Shown: in pieces, positions 7,668 through 15,025 of the stretch
Numbering within the stretch: the first letter of the stretch is position 1
Layout: every line of letters starts with the position of its first letter
DNA from: Candidatus Altiarchaeota archaeon
GTDB taxonomy: Archaea > Altiarchaeota > Altiarchaeia > IMC4 > QMZM01
Length of the DNA: 16,945 nucleotides
Direction of reading: 5' to 3'
Assembly: GCA_016931955.1 (NCBI GenBank)
Contig: JAFGDV010000011.1
Location: 1 to 16,945 of the forward strand
The notes under the pieces: model-generated
The model's input: the letters and a program-made list of their open reading frames with translations, nothing else
Databases searched by the model: none
What the model was told of the DNA's origin: nothing
Made by a program: the position numbers and the translations under genes

Positions 7668-8019
7668 ATAGCCCTTTTAGAAAAAGGGCTATCATCCCAA
7701 AAGAAAACGGATTTCTTTTTCGTGCACGTTTTTCTTTCCCAAAGAAAAAGGTGCTTCGCAATCCCGGCAGGCCCGCTAATAGCCATCAGCCTTTCTTTTT
7801 AGAGAGCGCAAAATCTATGATTTTGGCTACCAAAATTGCTTTGCAATTTTGAGTAAAAGAAACGCTGTCAGCAGAACGCAACAGCGTTCTGTCTGAGTTG
7901 AGACTGAAGGTCTCACTCAGCGAAAGAAAAAGGAATTCGCCAAAGGCGAATTCTTTTTGATCAACCTTTTACGAAAAGGTTGGGGTTGATAAGGGAGGGA
8001 ACGCAGTTCCCACACTTAT
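7668..8019. repeat. Hairpin array 2, downstream of tRNA-Arg
   Basis: Stems at 7668-7692, 7699-7719, 7724-7754, 7787-7867 (enclosing 7809-7825 and 7831-7851), 7872-7891, 7893-7920, 7933-7953, 7962-7982 and 7997-8011. Confidence 0.88.
7760..7784 (+). repeat. Exact 25-bp duplicate of the tRNA-Arg 3' end plus trailer (att- or TSD-like)
   Basis: AATCCCGGCAGGCCCGCTAATAGCC at both 7649-7673 and 7760-7784. Confidence 0.93.
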
Positions 8020-8162
8020 TTTTTCAGGATTATGATGTCTCCCCCGCCTTTCTTGAATTTCCCCTTCTCAGCGCTTCTCCCAGGTATCAGAGAATACAGC
8101 AAACTGAGTAGTAATTACAGGGACTACCATACTTCACTTTATCCTCTAGTAAAGGAGGGATA

Positions 8163-8648
8163 TCATTCAGGCAGCTTGAAGAACACCATGGATTCGTTCG
8201 TTATATTATATCGTTCTGCAAAGCCTGCAGTGACCTCTACGACGTAGAGTGTGTCATTCAAGGGAGTATAAGAGGGGCAAGGTCTTTTCGGGCAAGGTTG
8301 GAGGTTCTCTGATATGTCTACCACTCTTTTCTCTTTGTCGACCCAGACTATGTCTATTGGAAACTTCATACGCCACATCCAGAAACCGTATCTGCCCTCT
8401 CTCTCAAAGACGAAGAGCATGCCTTCCTCGTCAGTCAACGAATTCTTACTTGAGAGTCCAATGCTGCGGCTTCTGTCGTTGTCTGCTATCTCAACCAAGA
8501 CACATCTGGCATCTGGCTCCCCCCTGGGTGAATTAAAGCACAGTTCAGTGGTCCGGAGACCGGGATTCAGCAAGAGAATCAATAAGAAGATGGCTACAAC
8601 AACCACTAACCCTATCAATAAAGTCCTGTTGTTTATCTCTAACTCCAT
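8163..8648 (-). CDS. DUF192 (UPF0127) family protein with N-terminal membrane anchor
   Basis: 161 aa; VEIADN...GL, GMLFVF, FWMWRMKFPIDIVWVD, YVVEVTAG. Confidence 0.9.
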   Translation of the reverse strand: MELEINNRTLLIGLVVVVAIFLLILLLNPGLRTTELCFNSPRGEPDARCVLVEIADNDRSRSIGLSSKNSLTDEEGMLFVFEREGRYGFWMWRMKFPIDIVWVDKEKRVVDISENLQPCPKRPCPSYTPLNDTLYVVEVTAGFAERYNITNESMVFFKLPE

Positions 8649-8671
8649 CCTTAATTAATCAAATCACTCAC

Positions 8672-9538
8672 TTATAAAATGTTTGAGACTACCTCAGAGA
8701 TCAACCCAGAGACACTAATCCTGCTGACCTGCTGAGAGATGGAGTCAGTGCAGGCTAATTCATCCAAGACCCCCCCGAAGATCTGCAAACCCCTGGAGAA
8801 AACCCCGTGAACGCATCCAGCGCTTACCGATTTCGCCTTCTGAGCCCTGATGAATCTTGCGGCTTCCAGGATAGTGCCCCCAGTAGATATCATGTCATCC
8901 AGTATCACCACGTCCCTTCCAGAGACATCCACCTCCTTTACTGTAAACCTTACTTTGTCATCTGATATCCTTGTCTTCTCCAAGTAATCGAATTCACAGT
9001 TGACTGCCTTAGCAGCCCTCCTCACATACTCGAAGGCTCCCCTGTCAGGGGATATGAGTATTAAATCCTCAGTCTTCTCCTTGAAATAGTCGGCGACCAG
9101 CGGACCAGCGTCGATGTTTCTGATGTCAACCCCCTCAAAGTCGAAGACGCCCTCAGAATCAAGAAAATGACAGTTTATCGTCGTTATGGAGTCAGAGAAC
9201 TGATTTATCAACTCCAAAACAGTTTTTGCACTGAAGGCTTCCCGCTCCTTGAATCTTCTATCCTGGCGGGAATAGCCCATATATGGCATAAAGGTGTGGA
9301 TAGTCTGCGCATTAAAGTCTCGAAGCGCGTCCAAGAGGAGGAGTAATTCCATAAAGGCGTCGTTGGAGTTCGTAGATTGTATCACAACACAGTCCTCACC
9401 TTTGACTTCGGAGAGAATCCGCATATAGTGTTCGCCATCAGGGAATAGCCTGTGTTCAATCAAACCGATGTCTGCATTTAACCTCCTGGAGACCTTCTCA
9501 GAGAGGTTCTTGGAGACAGAACCGCAGAAAACAATCAT
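8672..9538 (-). CDS. prs: Ribose-phosphate pyrophosphokinase
   Basis: 288 aa; FPDGE, PYMGYSRQDR, SPDRGA, PRPP-binding motif ILDDMISTGGT, CVHG. Confidence 0.95.
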   Translation of the reverse strand: MIVFCGSVSKNLSEKVSRRLNADIGLIEHRLFPDGEHYMRILSEVKGEDCVVIQSTNSNDAFMELLLLLDALRDFNAQTIHTFMPYMGYSRQDRRFKEREAFSAKTVLELINQFSDSITTINCHFLDSEGVFDFEGVDIRNIDAGPLVADYFKEKTEDLILISPDRGAFEYVRRAAKAVNCEFDYLEKTRISDDKVRFTVKEVDVSGRDVVILDDMISTGGTILEAARFIRAQKAKSVSAGCVHGVFSRGLQIFGGVLDELACTDSISQQVSRISVSGLISEVVSNIL

Positions 9539-9583
9539 ATAATGATAAATAAAAAGAAAGAATAAAAAATAAAAACAGATAGA

Positions 9584-9871
9584 TTAGATCTTTTTGACTC
9601 TGTCGACGCCTTCTTTCTTGACTACTGGCTTCTTGACCTTCGCAGGCAACCAGCTTGGTCTGTTAGCCGGTGCATTAACGGTTTTAACGTCCCCCTTAAA
9701 AACGTGAATGGAGTACGTGCCGTCTTTGTTTCTCCTCCCCCTCTCCCTTAGCTTTATGTCCTTAAAACCTCTTGTAGCCGCCTTCAACGCAGCCTGTCGG
9801 GGTGTCTTCCCTGTAAACACATGCTTTTCTTTGCCTTTCCTTAGTTCATAGTATTTTGTTTCTTTAGCCAT
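9584..9871 (-). CDS. Non-histone chromosomal protein MC1 family
   Basis: 95 aa, very basic; VFTGKTPRQAALKAA, LRERG, HVFKG and RPSWLP match the MC1 signature; strong RBS GGGGAGGT at 9886-9879. Confidence 0.92.
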   Translation of the reverse strand: MAKETKYYELRKGKEKHVFTGKTPRQAALKAATRGFKDIKLRERGRRNKDGTYSIHVFKGDVKTVNAPANRPSWLPAKVKKPVVKKEGVDRVKKI

Positions 9872-9952
9872 TTTTTATACCTCCCCATGTGACTGTTGGT
9901 AGGTTATATAGTTATTAACATATAGCCTTAAAAACTAAGATTAGTATGCAGG

Positions 9953-11191
9953 ATGGAAAATCTGGTTATCTGTGTTGACAGGGATGATGACATAGGAAGG
10001 AAAACGAAAGCAAGAGGCCCTATCATCGGCGTAGAAGAAAATCTTGCAGTTGCAAGAGAGCTTGCCTTAGTAGACCCAGAGGACACTGATACAAATGCCA
10101 TATTCGCGGCAGTAAAGATAGCAAAGGAGATAGGGTCAGAGGTAGTAACCTTGACCGGGGACAAACAGGTGGGCGTAACATCTGATACAAGGATAGCAAA
10201 ACAATTGGATAAAGTCCTTGAGGAATTCAAACCAATGGGGGTAATACTTGTAGTAGACGGGGCTGAAGATGAGAACGTCATACCCATAATAGAATCAAGG
10301 ATCAAGATCAATTCAGTAAAAACCGTGATAGTCAGACAGAGCCAAGAGCTGGAGCGGGCATACTTTAAGATAATCAACTTTATAAAGGAGATCGAAGAGG
10401 ATCCTAATCTGGCGAGGCTCGTCTTCGGCATTCCTGGATTAGTATTAATCCTGATTGCTATCGGTGGGGCCTTTGGAGTGATGGTGCAAGCAACAACCAT
10501 CGTCATAGCAATAATCGGCGTCTATCTGCTCATAAAAGGCTTCGGCTACGAGGAAGAGTTCTTCACCAGGATATCACACTTCCTTAAGTCACTTTCTGTG
10601 GAGAAGATAAGCACCTTCACCTACCTGGTAGCAACCGTTGTCTTCTTGGTTGCAGTCTCTTATGGGTACAGCGAAGTCTTTGGACAGGAATCGATAGACC
10701 TAATACTTGCTGCATTCATAGTGGGGTCGGCGAACCTCATGCTTGCCGCAGTAGTCATCGCCGTGATCGGCAAAATCATAGACGACTACTCCAGCGGCAA
10801 ATACCTTAATGTGCGAACCGACTTGGTCTTCCTAGCATTCATATTCCTTGTAAAGTTGACATTAGAGTCAGGGGCAAGGTTTTGGTTAAAACAACCATCG
10901 CCTACAGAGATACCCAGCTACATCATATCCCTGCTTGCAGGAATCATCATATTCATAGGCGTTATCAAGATCACTGAGTACCTGTTCATCGAGGAAATAG
11001 AGGCAAGAAAGAGGCTAATAAGCAACTTCGCTAATATGGAAGTATACGACGAGAAGGGTGAACTACTAGGCAAGGTAAACCGAGTGCTCTTGGATGGCTC
11101 AAAACTCATAGGTTTAAAGGTTAAGAGGAGGATAATACCAAAGGAAGACATAATATCGCGGGAAGAGAGGATCGTTGTTCGAGTGAAATAG
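9953..11191 (+). CDS. DUF373 family membrane protein with C-terminal PRC-barrel-like domain
   Basis: 412 aa; LVICVDRDDDIG, DPEDTDTN, DGAEDE and VRQS motifs; several TM helices; C-terminal MEVYDEKGELLGKVNRVLLD. Confidence 0.85.
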   Translation: MENLVICVDRDDDIGRKTKARGPIIGVEENLAVARELALVDPEDTDTNAIFAAVKIAKEIGSEVVTLTGDKQVGVTSDTRIAKQLDKVLEEFKPMGVILVVDGAEDENVIPIIESRIKINSVKTVIVRQSQELERAYFKIINFIKEIEEDPNLARLVFGIPGLVLILIAIGGAFGVMVQATTIVIAIIGVYLLIKGFGYEEEFFTRISHFLKSLSVEKISTFTYLVATVVFLVAVSYGYSEVFGQESIDLILAAFIVGSANLMLAAVVIAVIGKIIDDYSSGKYLNVRTDLVFLAFIFLVKLTLESGARFWLKQPSPTEIPSYIISLLAGIIIFIGVIKITEYLFIEEIEARKRLISNFANMEVYDEKGELLGKVNRVLLDGSKLIGLKVKRRIIPKEDIISREERIVVRVK

Positions 11192-11193
11192 GT

Positions 11194-11820
11194 TCATATA
11201 TTATCCATCTTTTTTCTTCCCTTACTCAGGTCAATCAATGTGTCAACAGCAGATTCGCTGCCGCTTGCAACGAGAACATCCCCCTCAAATATTTTAGTGT
11301 CCTTTCCGGGATCGTATATCCAAGCAGACCCCCTCTTTATAGCCCTCACATAGCATCCCGTCTTGGAGGAAACCCTTAGTTCTCCAAGGGATCTGCCAGT
11401 CAGCTCAGATTCGCTCACAACCTTGGTTTTTACAATCTGCTCCTCGGCTTCACCCAGCATCTTCTTGTAGATGGGGTGGTCTCCAACGCCTCGAAGAACG
11501 ACGTCGGCTATCTCCGCTGCCGCGTTTGATATGTTTTCTGCAGCGACCACTACATGCAGGATCCCGGAAAGATCTGCTGCGTCATCTGGGGTTCTTGCAG
11601 AGAGGAGGAGCATGGCTTCGATTTCATACCTTAGGTTATCCATGGACCCCTCAAGCTCCTGAACCTCTTCCGCGATCTCCTTGCTGTTAGTCAGAAGCGC
11701 AGAATAGGCCAGATCGATCATCAATTCGGAGGTATCCTTCATCTCCACAAGGATTTCGGAAACGTTCCTCTTATGAAAAAGAGCATTGTCTACAAGATCA
11801 TCAATTTCCTGTTCCGTCAT
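11194..11820 (-). CDS. PhoU-like helical domain plus TrkA-C (RCK-C) domain protein
   Basis: 208 aa; EMKDTSELMIDLAYSALL and AAENISNAA (PhoU-like); SELTGRSLGEL...AIKRG...PGKDTKIFEGDVL (TrkA-C). Confidence 0.88.
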   Translation of the reverse strand: MTEQEIDDLVDNALFHKRNVSEILVEMKDTSELMIDLAYSALLTNSKEIAEEVQELEGSMDNLRYEIEAMLLLSARTPDDAADLSGILHVVVAAENISNAAAEIADVVLRGVGDHPIYKKMLGEAEEQIVKTKVVSESELTGRSLGELRVSSKTGCYVRAIKRGSAWIYDPGKDTKIFEGDVLVASGSESAVDTLIDLSKGRKKMDNI

Positions 11821-11854
11821 TTTGTGGTAGTGTTAATATATTACTCCATTGTTT

Positions 11855-12433
11855 TTAAATAATGGATGTCGGGATAAGGCTAACTACTTTGACCGCGAAA
11901 AACAAGCAGAAGACAGTTATCACATCCCCGACAGTCGATAGAGCTGGCATCAACACATTATCAGGATCAAAGCCCTTTGAGTAGGTGGCTATTGCAAGGT
12001 ATACAGATAAAGCGGTTAAGAATAAACCTGCAATCGTCCCCGCGATAAGGGATATCAAGGTAAGCTGGATGACGTTCGCATGAGTTTCTACGTTAGTAAT
12101 CTCATAGGCTATACACGCTATTATGCCCGAAATTAATGCCATAAGCACGTTTAAGAACATCGCAGACCAGACATTATCGCTGAGGGGTTTACCCCATCTG
12201 ATCTCAGGCTCGATTAATCCAAGATGCAGTCCGGAGGCGAGACGGGAACCCAAGGCACCGCTTATGTTGCCCCTCATACCAAGGCTTGCTGGCAGGAGTA
12301 TCAGAAGTCCCGGGATCCCCAGCAGGTCATGCTCCATTCCAGTCAAGATTACGCCTGCTCCAATCCCGCCGACGACGCAGATTATCTGTATGGGTATGCT
12401 CTCGATCAGTATCCTCCTGACATCTGAATTCAT
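11855..12433 (-). CDS. MgtE/SLC41-type divalent cation transporter, membrane domain only
   Basis: 192 aa, about 5 TM helices; LPASLGMRGNISG and GFDPDNVLMPALSTVGD motifs. Confidence 0.88.
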   Translation of the reverse strand: MNSDVRRILIESIPIQIICVVGGIGAGVILTGMEHDLLGIPGLLILLPASLGMRGNISGALGSRLASGLHLGLIEPEIRWGKPLSDNVWSAMFLNVLMALISGIIACIAYEITNVETHANVIQLTLISLIAGTIAGLFLTALSVYLAIATYSKGFDPDNVLMPALSTVGDVITVFCLFFAVKVVSLIPTSII

Positions 12434-12463
12434 GTAAGATATTGTAAGATAGTTTTATTTAAG

Positions 12464-13348
12464 CTACAGCATGAGAGATAAAACAATCAATTCAAGGACG
12501 TTTCCATAGAAGAAGGTCATAAGGAAAGCAATGAAAAAGACTGGAGCAAACCTGATGCCCCATCTTATAGAGATTTTCTCAGGAATATTGCCCTCAGCAG
12601 CCAGGGAGCGTATCTCCCCCAACTGCTCTTTAGTGATGCCTTCAATATCCCTCCTACTAGCTATCTTCCGGTCATCAATAACTAGATCGTATGCCAGTAT
12701 ATCCGCCTCCCTCAGCTCACTGAGGGGTATGCTCTTTTGTAGGGCTATCCTTTCCACCGCCTTCAGGTAAAGCGACACTAAGACAAGGAGTGGTATGAGA
12801 ACATAGATAAATGTCAACCTCTGCGTTCCCAGATTGGAAACTATAAAAGACAGCAAAAAAGAAAACAGAACAAGTGCCAAATACGCCCTATTAGTGAGGC
12901 TTTTAATGAATTCTTCGAAAACGGCAGGTTTCATCAACCCAAGGAATAAGGAGTAGAGTATGGCATAAGGGGGTGCCGCAGTCGCAAAATTTATGAAATA
13001 ATCCACAGGATAGGAGAAGGCTCCCTGAGGGGTGAAATAACCCAAGGCGTTCAATAAGCCAAGAGAGCAGCCGATCCCAGCCAAGAGCTTAACATCCCCC
13101 CCACCCCACTCACCCAGATAAAACATCACATAGCCGACTACGAAAAAACCAGTTCCAACAGCCAGAGACCAGAACATGAAGTAATAGCCCAAGGTATTAA
13201 AAGAGGATATAGCTGCTAAGACAATGACTGCGACGATAAGGCCGCGCGTGATCTTCTCGGGAATCTCCCCCGTCTTCAGGTCAAAGTAGCTCGCAAAAAA
13301 AAGGAATATTGAGGTAATCCACACAACAATGTCTGGTGACGTGATCAT
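12464..13348 (-). CDS. A24 family prepilin/prearchaellin peptidase
   Basis: 294 aa polytopic membrane protein; catalytic Asp motifs SYFDLKTGEIP and WGGGDVKL; C-terminal GIRFAPVF. Confidence 0.88.
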   Translation of the reverse strand: MITSPDIVVWITSIFLFFASYFDLKTGEIPEKITRGLIVAVIVLAAISSFNTLGYYFMFWSLAVGTGFFVVGYVMFYLGEWGGGDVKLLAGIGCSLGLLNALGYFTPQGAFSYPVDYFINFATAAPPYAILYSLFLGLMKPAVFEEFIKSLTNRAYLALVLFSFLLSFIVSNLGTQRLTFIYVLIPLLVLVSLYLKAVERIALQKSIPLSELREADILAYDLVIDDRKIASRRDIEGITKEQLGEIRSLAAEGNIPEKISIRWGIRFAPVFFIAFLMTFFYGNVLELIVLSLML

Positions 13349-13383
13349 CCTATTTAATTATTAGGATTTGAAATATTAATCCA
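13349..13383. promoter_or_regulatory. 35-bp divergent intergenic region with two opposed TATA-like boxes
   Basis: TTTAATTA at 13353-13360 (+, about 24 nt before ATG 13384); TTAATATT on the - strand near 13379-13372 (about 24 nt before ATG 13348). Confidence 0.5.
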
Positions 13384-14478
13384 ATGGCTAAAAACGTGAT
13401 CTGTTTCGACCTTGAAGGGCCTCTTTCGCCTCAGGACAACGCATATGAGGTCATGGGGCTATTCGATAACGGACACAAGATATTTGAGGTCATAAGCAAG
13501 TATGACGACGCACTCACACTCGAAGGCAGGGAAGACTACGAACCAGGAGATACCCTATCCCTAATCATCCCCTTCCTGATAAACCACAACATTTCGGAAA
13601 AAGATATTGTTGAAGTCTCCCGGAAGGCGAAGATCGTCGACGGAGCAGGTTACCTCATCTCAAGACTCACGGAACTGGGATGGTCACCACACATAATATC
13701 AACAAGCTACCAACAGCATGCATACAACATCGGGGGGCAAGTGGGTGTGCCAGAGAACAGGATACACTGCACCCGGTTCCCCTTAAACGAATTCAGAAAA
13801 GGACTTAAAAAAACAGAAACGCCTATGATCAAAGAACTTGAAACAGACATACTCGAGGAACTTTATCCGAAAATCGAAGACGAAGACAGGATAAGGGAGA
13901 GGCTTGACAGATTCTATTACAGCGACATTAAAGGGACTGCGATAGGAGACATTATGGATAAAGTAAGAGTAGTAGGCGGTATGAGAAAGGTGAAAGCAGT
14001 TGAGAGGATAGCCGAGGAGATGAGAACAAAACGCTCTGAGCTGATCGTTGTCGGGGACAGTATAACGGACTATAAGATGCTCGAGGGGGTAAGAAGTGAG
14101 GGGGGCATAGCGATAGTGTTCAACGGGAACAAGTATGCTATACCCTATGCGAACGTGGGCCTTGCGACGACAGACATGCGCTTTCTTCTAGTCATCGTCG
14201 CAGGATACATGTGTGGGGGCACATCCTATGCCATGGATGTGGTAAGAGAATGGGAGAAGAACCACAAAGAATTTATGAAAGACCCAGCAGCGATCAGGGA
14301 GGACCTCATACCAGAAGACGTGAGAAAACTGCTCATAGAAAAAACCAGAGAACCAGTATTCTTCCAGCCACGCTTCCACTACCTGCAGGGTAGCAGTAAA
14401 GAGAAAATCGACGAAGTCGTGAGGATACATGCGGAAAGCCGGGCCCTTGTCAGGGGGAATGCAGCAAGGTTAGGTTAA
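13384..14478 (+). CDS. HAD-superfamily hydrolase of the EhaR-like family
   Basis: 364 aa; motif I CFDLEGPLSPQDNAYE, ISKYDD, YEPGDTL, ISTSY, motif IV VGDSITD, FNGNKYA. Confidence 0.8.
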   Translation: MAKNVICFDLEGPLSPQDNAYEVMGLFDNGHKIFEVISKYDDALTLEGREDYEPGDTLSLIIPFLINHNISEKDIVEVSRKAKIVDGAGYLISRLTELGWSPHIISTSYQQHAYNIGGQVGVPENRIHCTRFPLNEFRKGLKKTETPMIKELETDILEELYPKIEDEDRIRERLDRFYYSDIKGTAIGDIMDKVRVVGGMRKVKAVERIAEEMRTKRSELIVVGDSITDYKMLEGVRSEGGIAIVFNGNKYAIPYANVGLATTDMRFLLVIVAGYMCGGTSYAMDVVREWEKNHKEFMKDPAAIREDLIPEDVRKLLIEKTREPVFFQPRFHYLQGSSKEKIDEVVRIHAESRALVRGNAARLG

Positions 14479-14976
14479 CGCCTTCCCACAGTAGGGACAG
14501 AATATGCTATCATAGGGTATCTTTCTATCGCAGTTCTTGCACTTTTTGACCTGAAAGAGCTGCACCGCTGGATGAGCTTTTAAACCCAGCCTCTTGAGGA
14601 ACCCCTCCGCAGAGGATGCTAAACTTCTGTATTCCCTGCTATCCTCTATCCCAGATTTGAGGTCCCTATACCACTTCATCCGGTACAGGACCTTCTTGAA
14701 GATGAGATTGAACAGAACGTAATTGATTTTCGACAAGGTGAAGATAATCCAAGCATAGAGTGTTGAAATAATCGGCAGCGAGGTGGCAAAGTAAAAAATC
14801 GAGAACAACACCCCGAATAGAAGGGCAAAGAATCCTGAGAGGTATCCTATAAGGAAGAGAATCACTCCAAGAGCCGCGAAGATCGCATCCACAATATGCT
14901 GTCCGACAAAGTAGTAGGCCACGGCGATAATTGCCGAGGAAATCACTATAAGCAACGCAGCCTTCCAGGAATCCAT
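14470..14976 (-). CDS. Hypothetical membrane protein with C-terminal zinc ribbon
   Basis: 168 aa; hydrophobic N-terminal half; CKNC-x10-CPYCG at the C-terminus; convergent 9-nt overlap with the HAD gene. Confidence 0.75.
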   Translation of the reverse strand: MDSWKAALLIVISSAIIAVAYYFVGQHIVDAIFAALGVILFLIGYLSGFFALLFGVLFSIFYFATSLPIISTLYAWIIFTLSKINYVLFNLIFKKVLYRMKWYRDLKSGIEDSREYRSLASSAEGFLKRLGLKAHPAVQLFQVKKCKNCDRKIPYDSIFCPYCGKALT

Positions 14977-15025
14977 CGCAGTAATAAATTAAGGAATCGA
15001 GTTAATAATATAAACAGATAAAAGA

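Noticed and set aside
7668-7754. Treating the tRNA-Arg downstream hairpins as ordinary terminators only
   Set aside because: Some T-tracts may terminate transcription, but that does not explain about ten stacked stems, the 25-bp duplication, or the homologous module lying upstream of tRNA-Ser.
251-7784. One integrated island spanning from tRNA-Ser to tRNA-Arg, bounded by the inverted module copies
   Set aside because: The enclosed genes are core housekeeping genes (leuS, asd), there is no integrase or transposase, and the direct repeats at the two loci are unrelated to each other.
7564-8247. ORFs 7564-7761 (-) and 8032-8247 (+), and a short minus-strand frame ending ...KGGGDIIILKK near 8017-8103
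   Set aside because: The first is antisense to tRNA-Arg and the second overlaps DUF192 antisense. The third has no convincing start and is too short to call a pseudogene without a search.
11194-12433. MgtE membrane domain next to a PhoU/TrkA-C protein as a novel system
   Set aside because: This pairing is a familiar archaeal gene neighbourhood, so it is annotated as features only.
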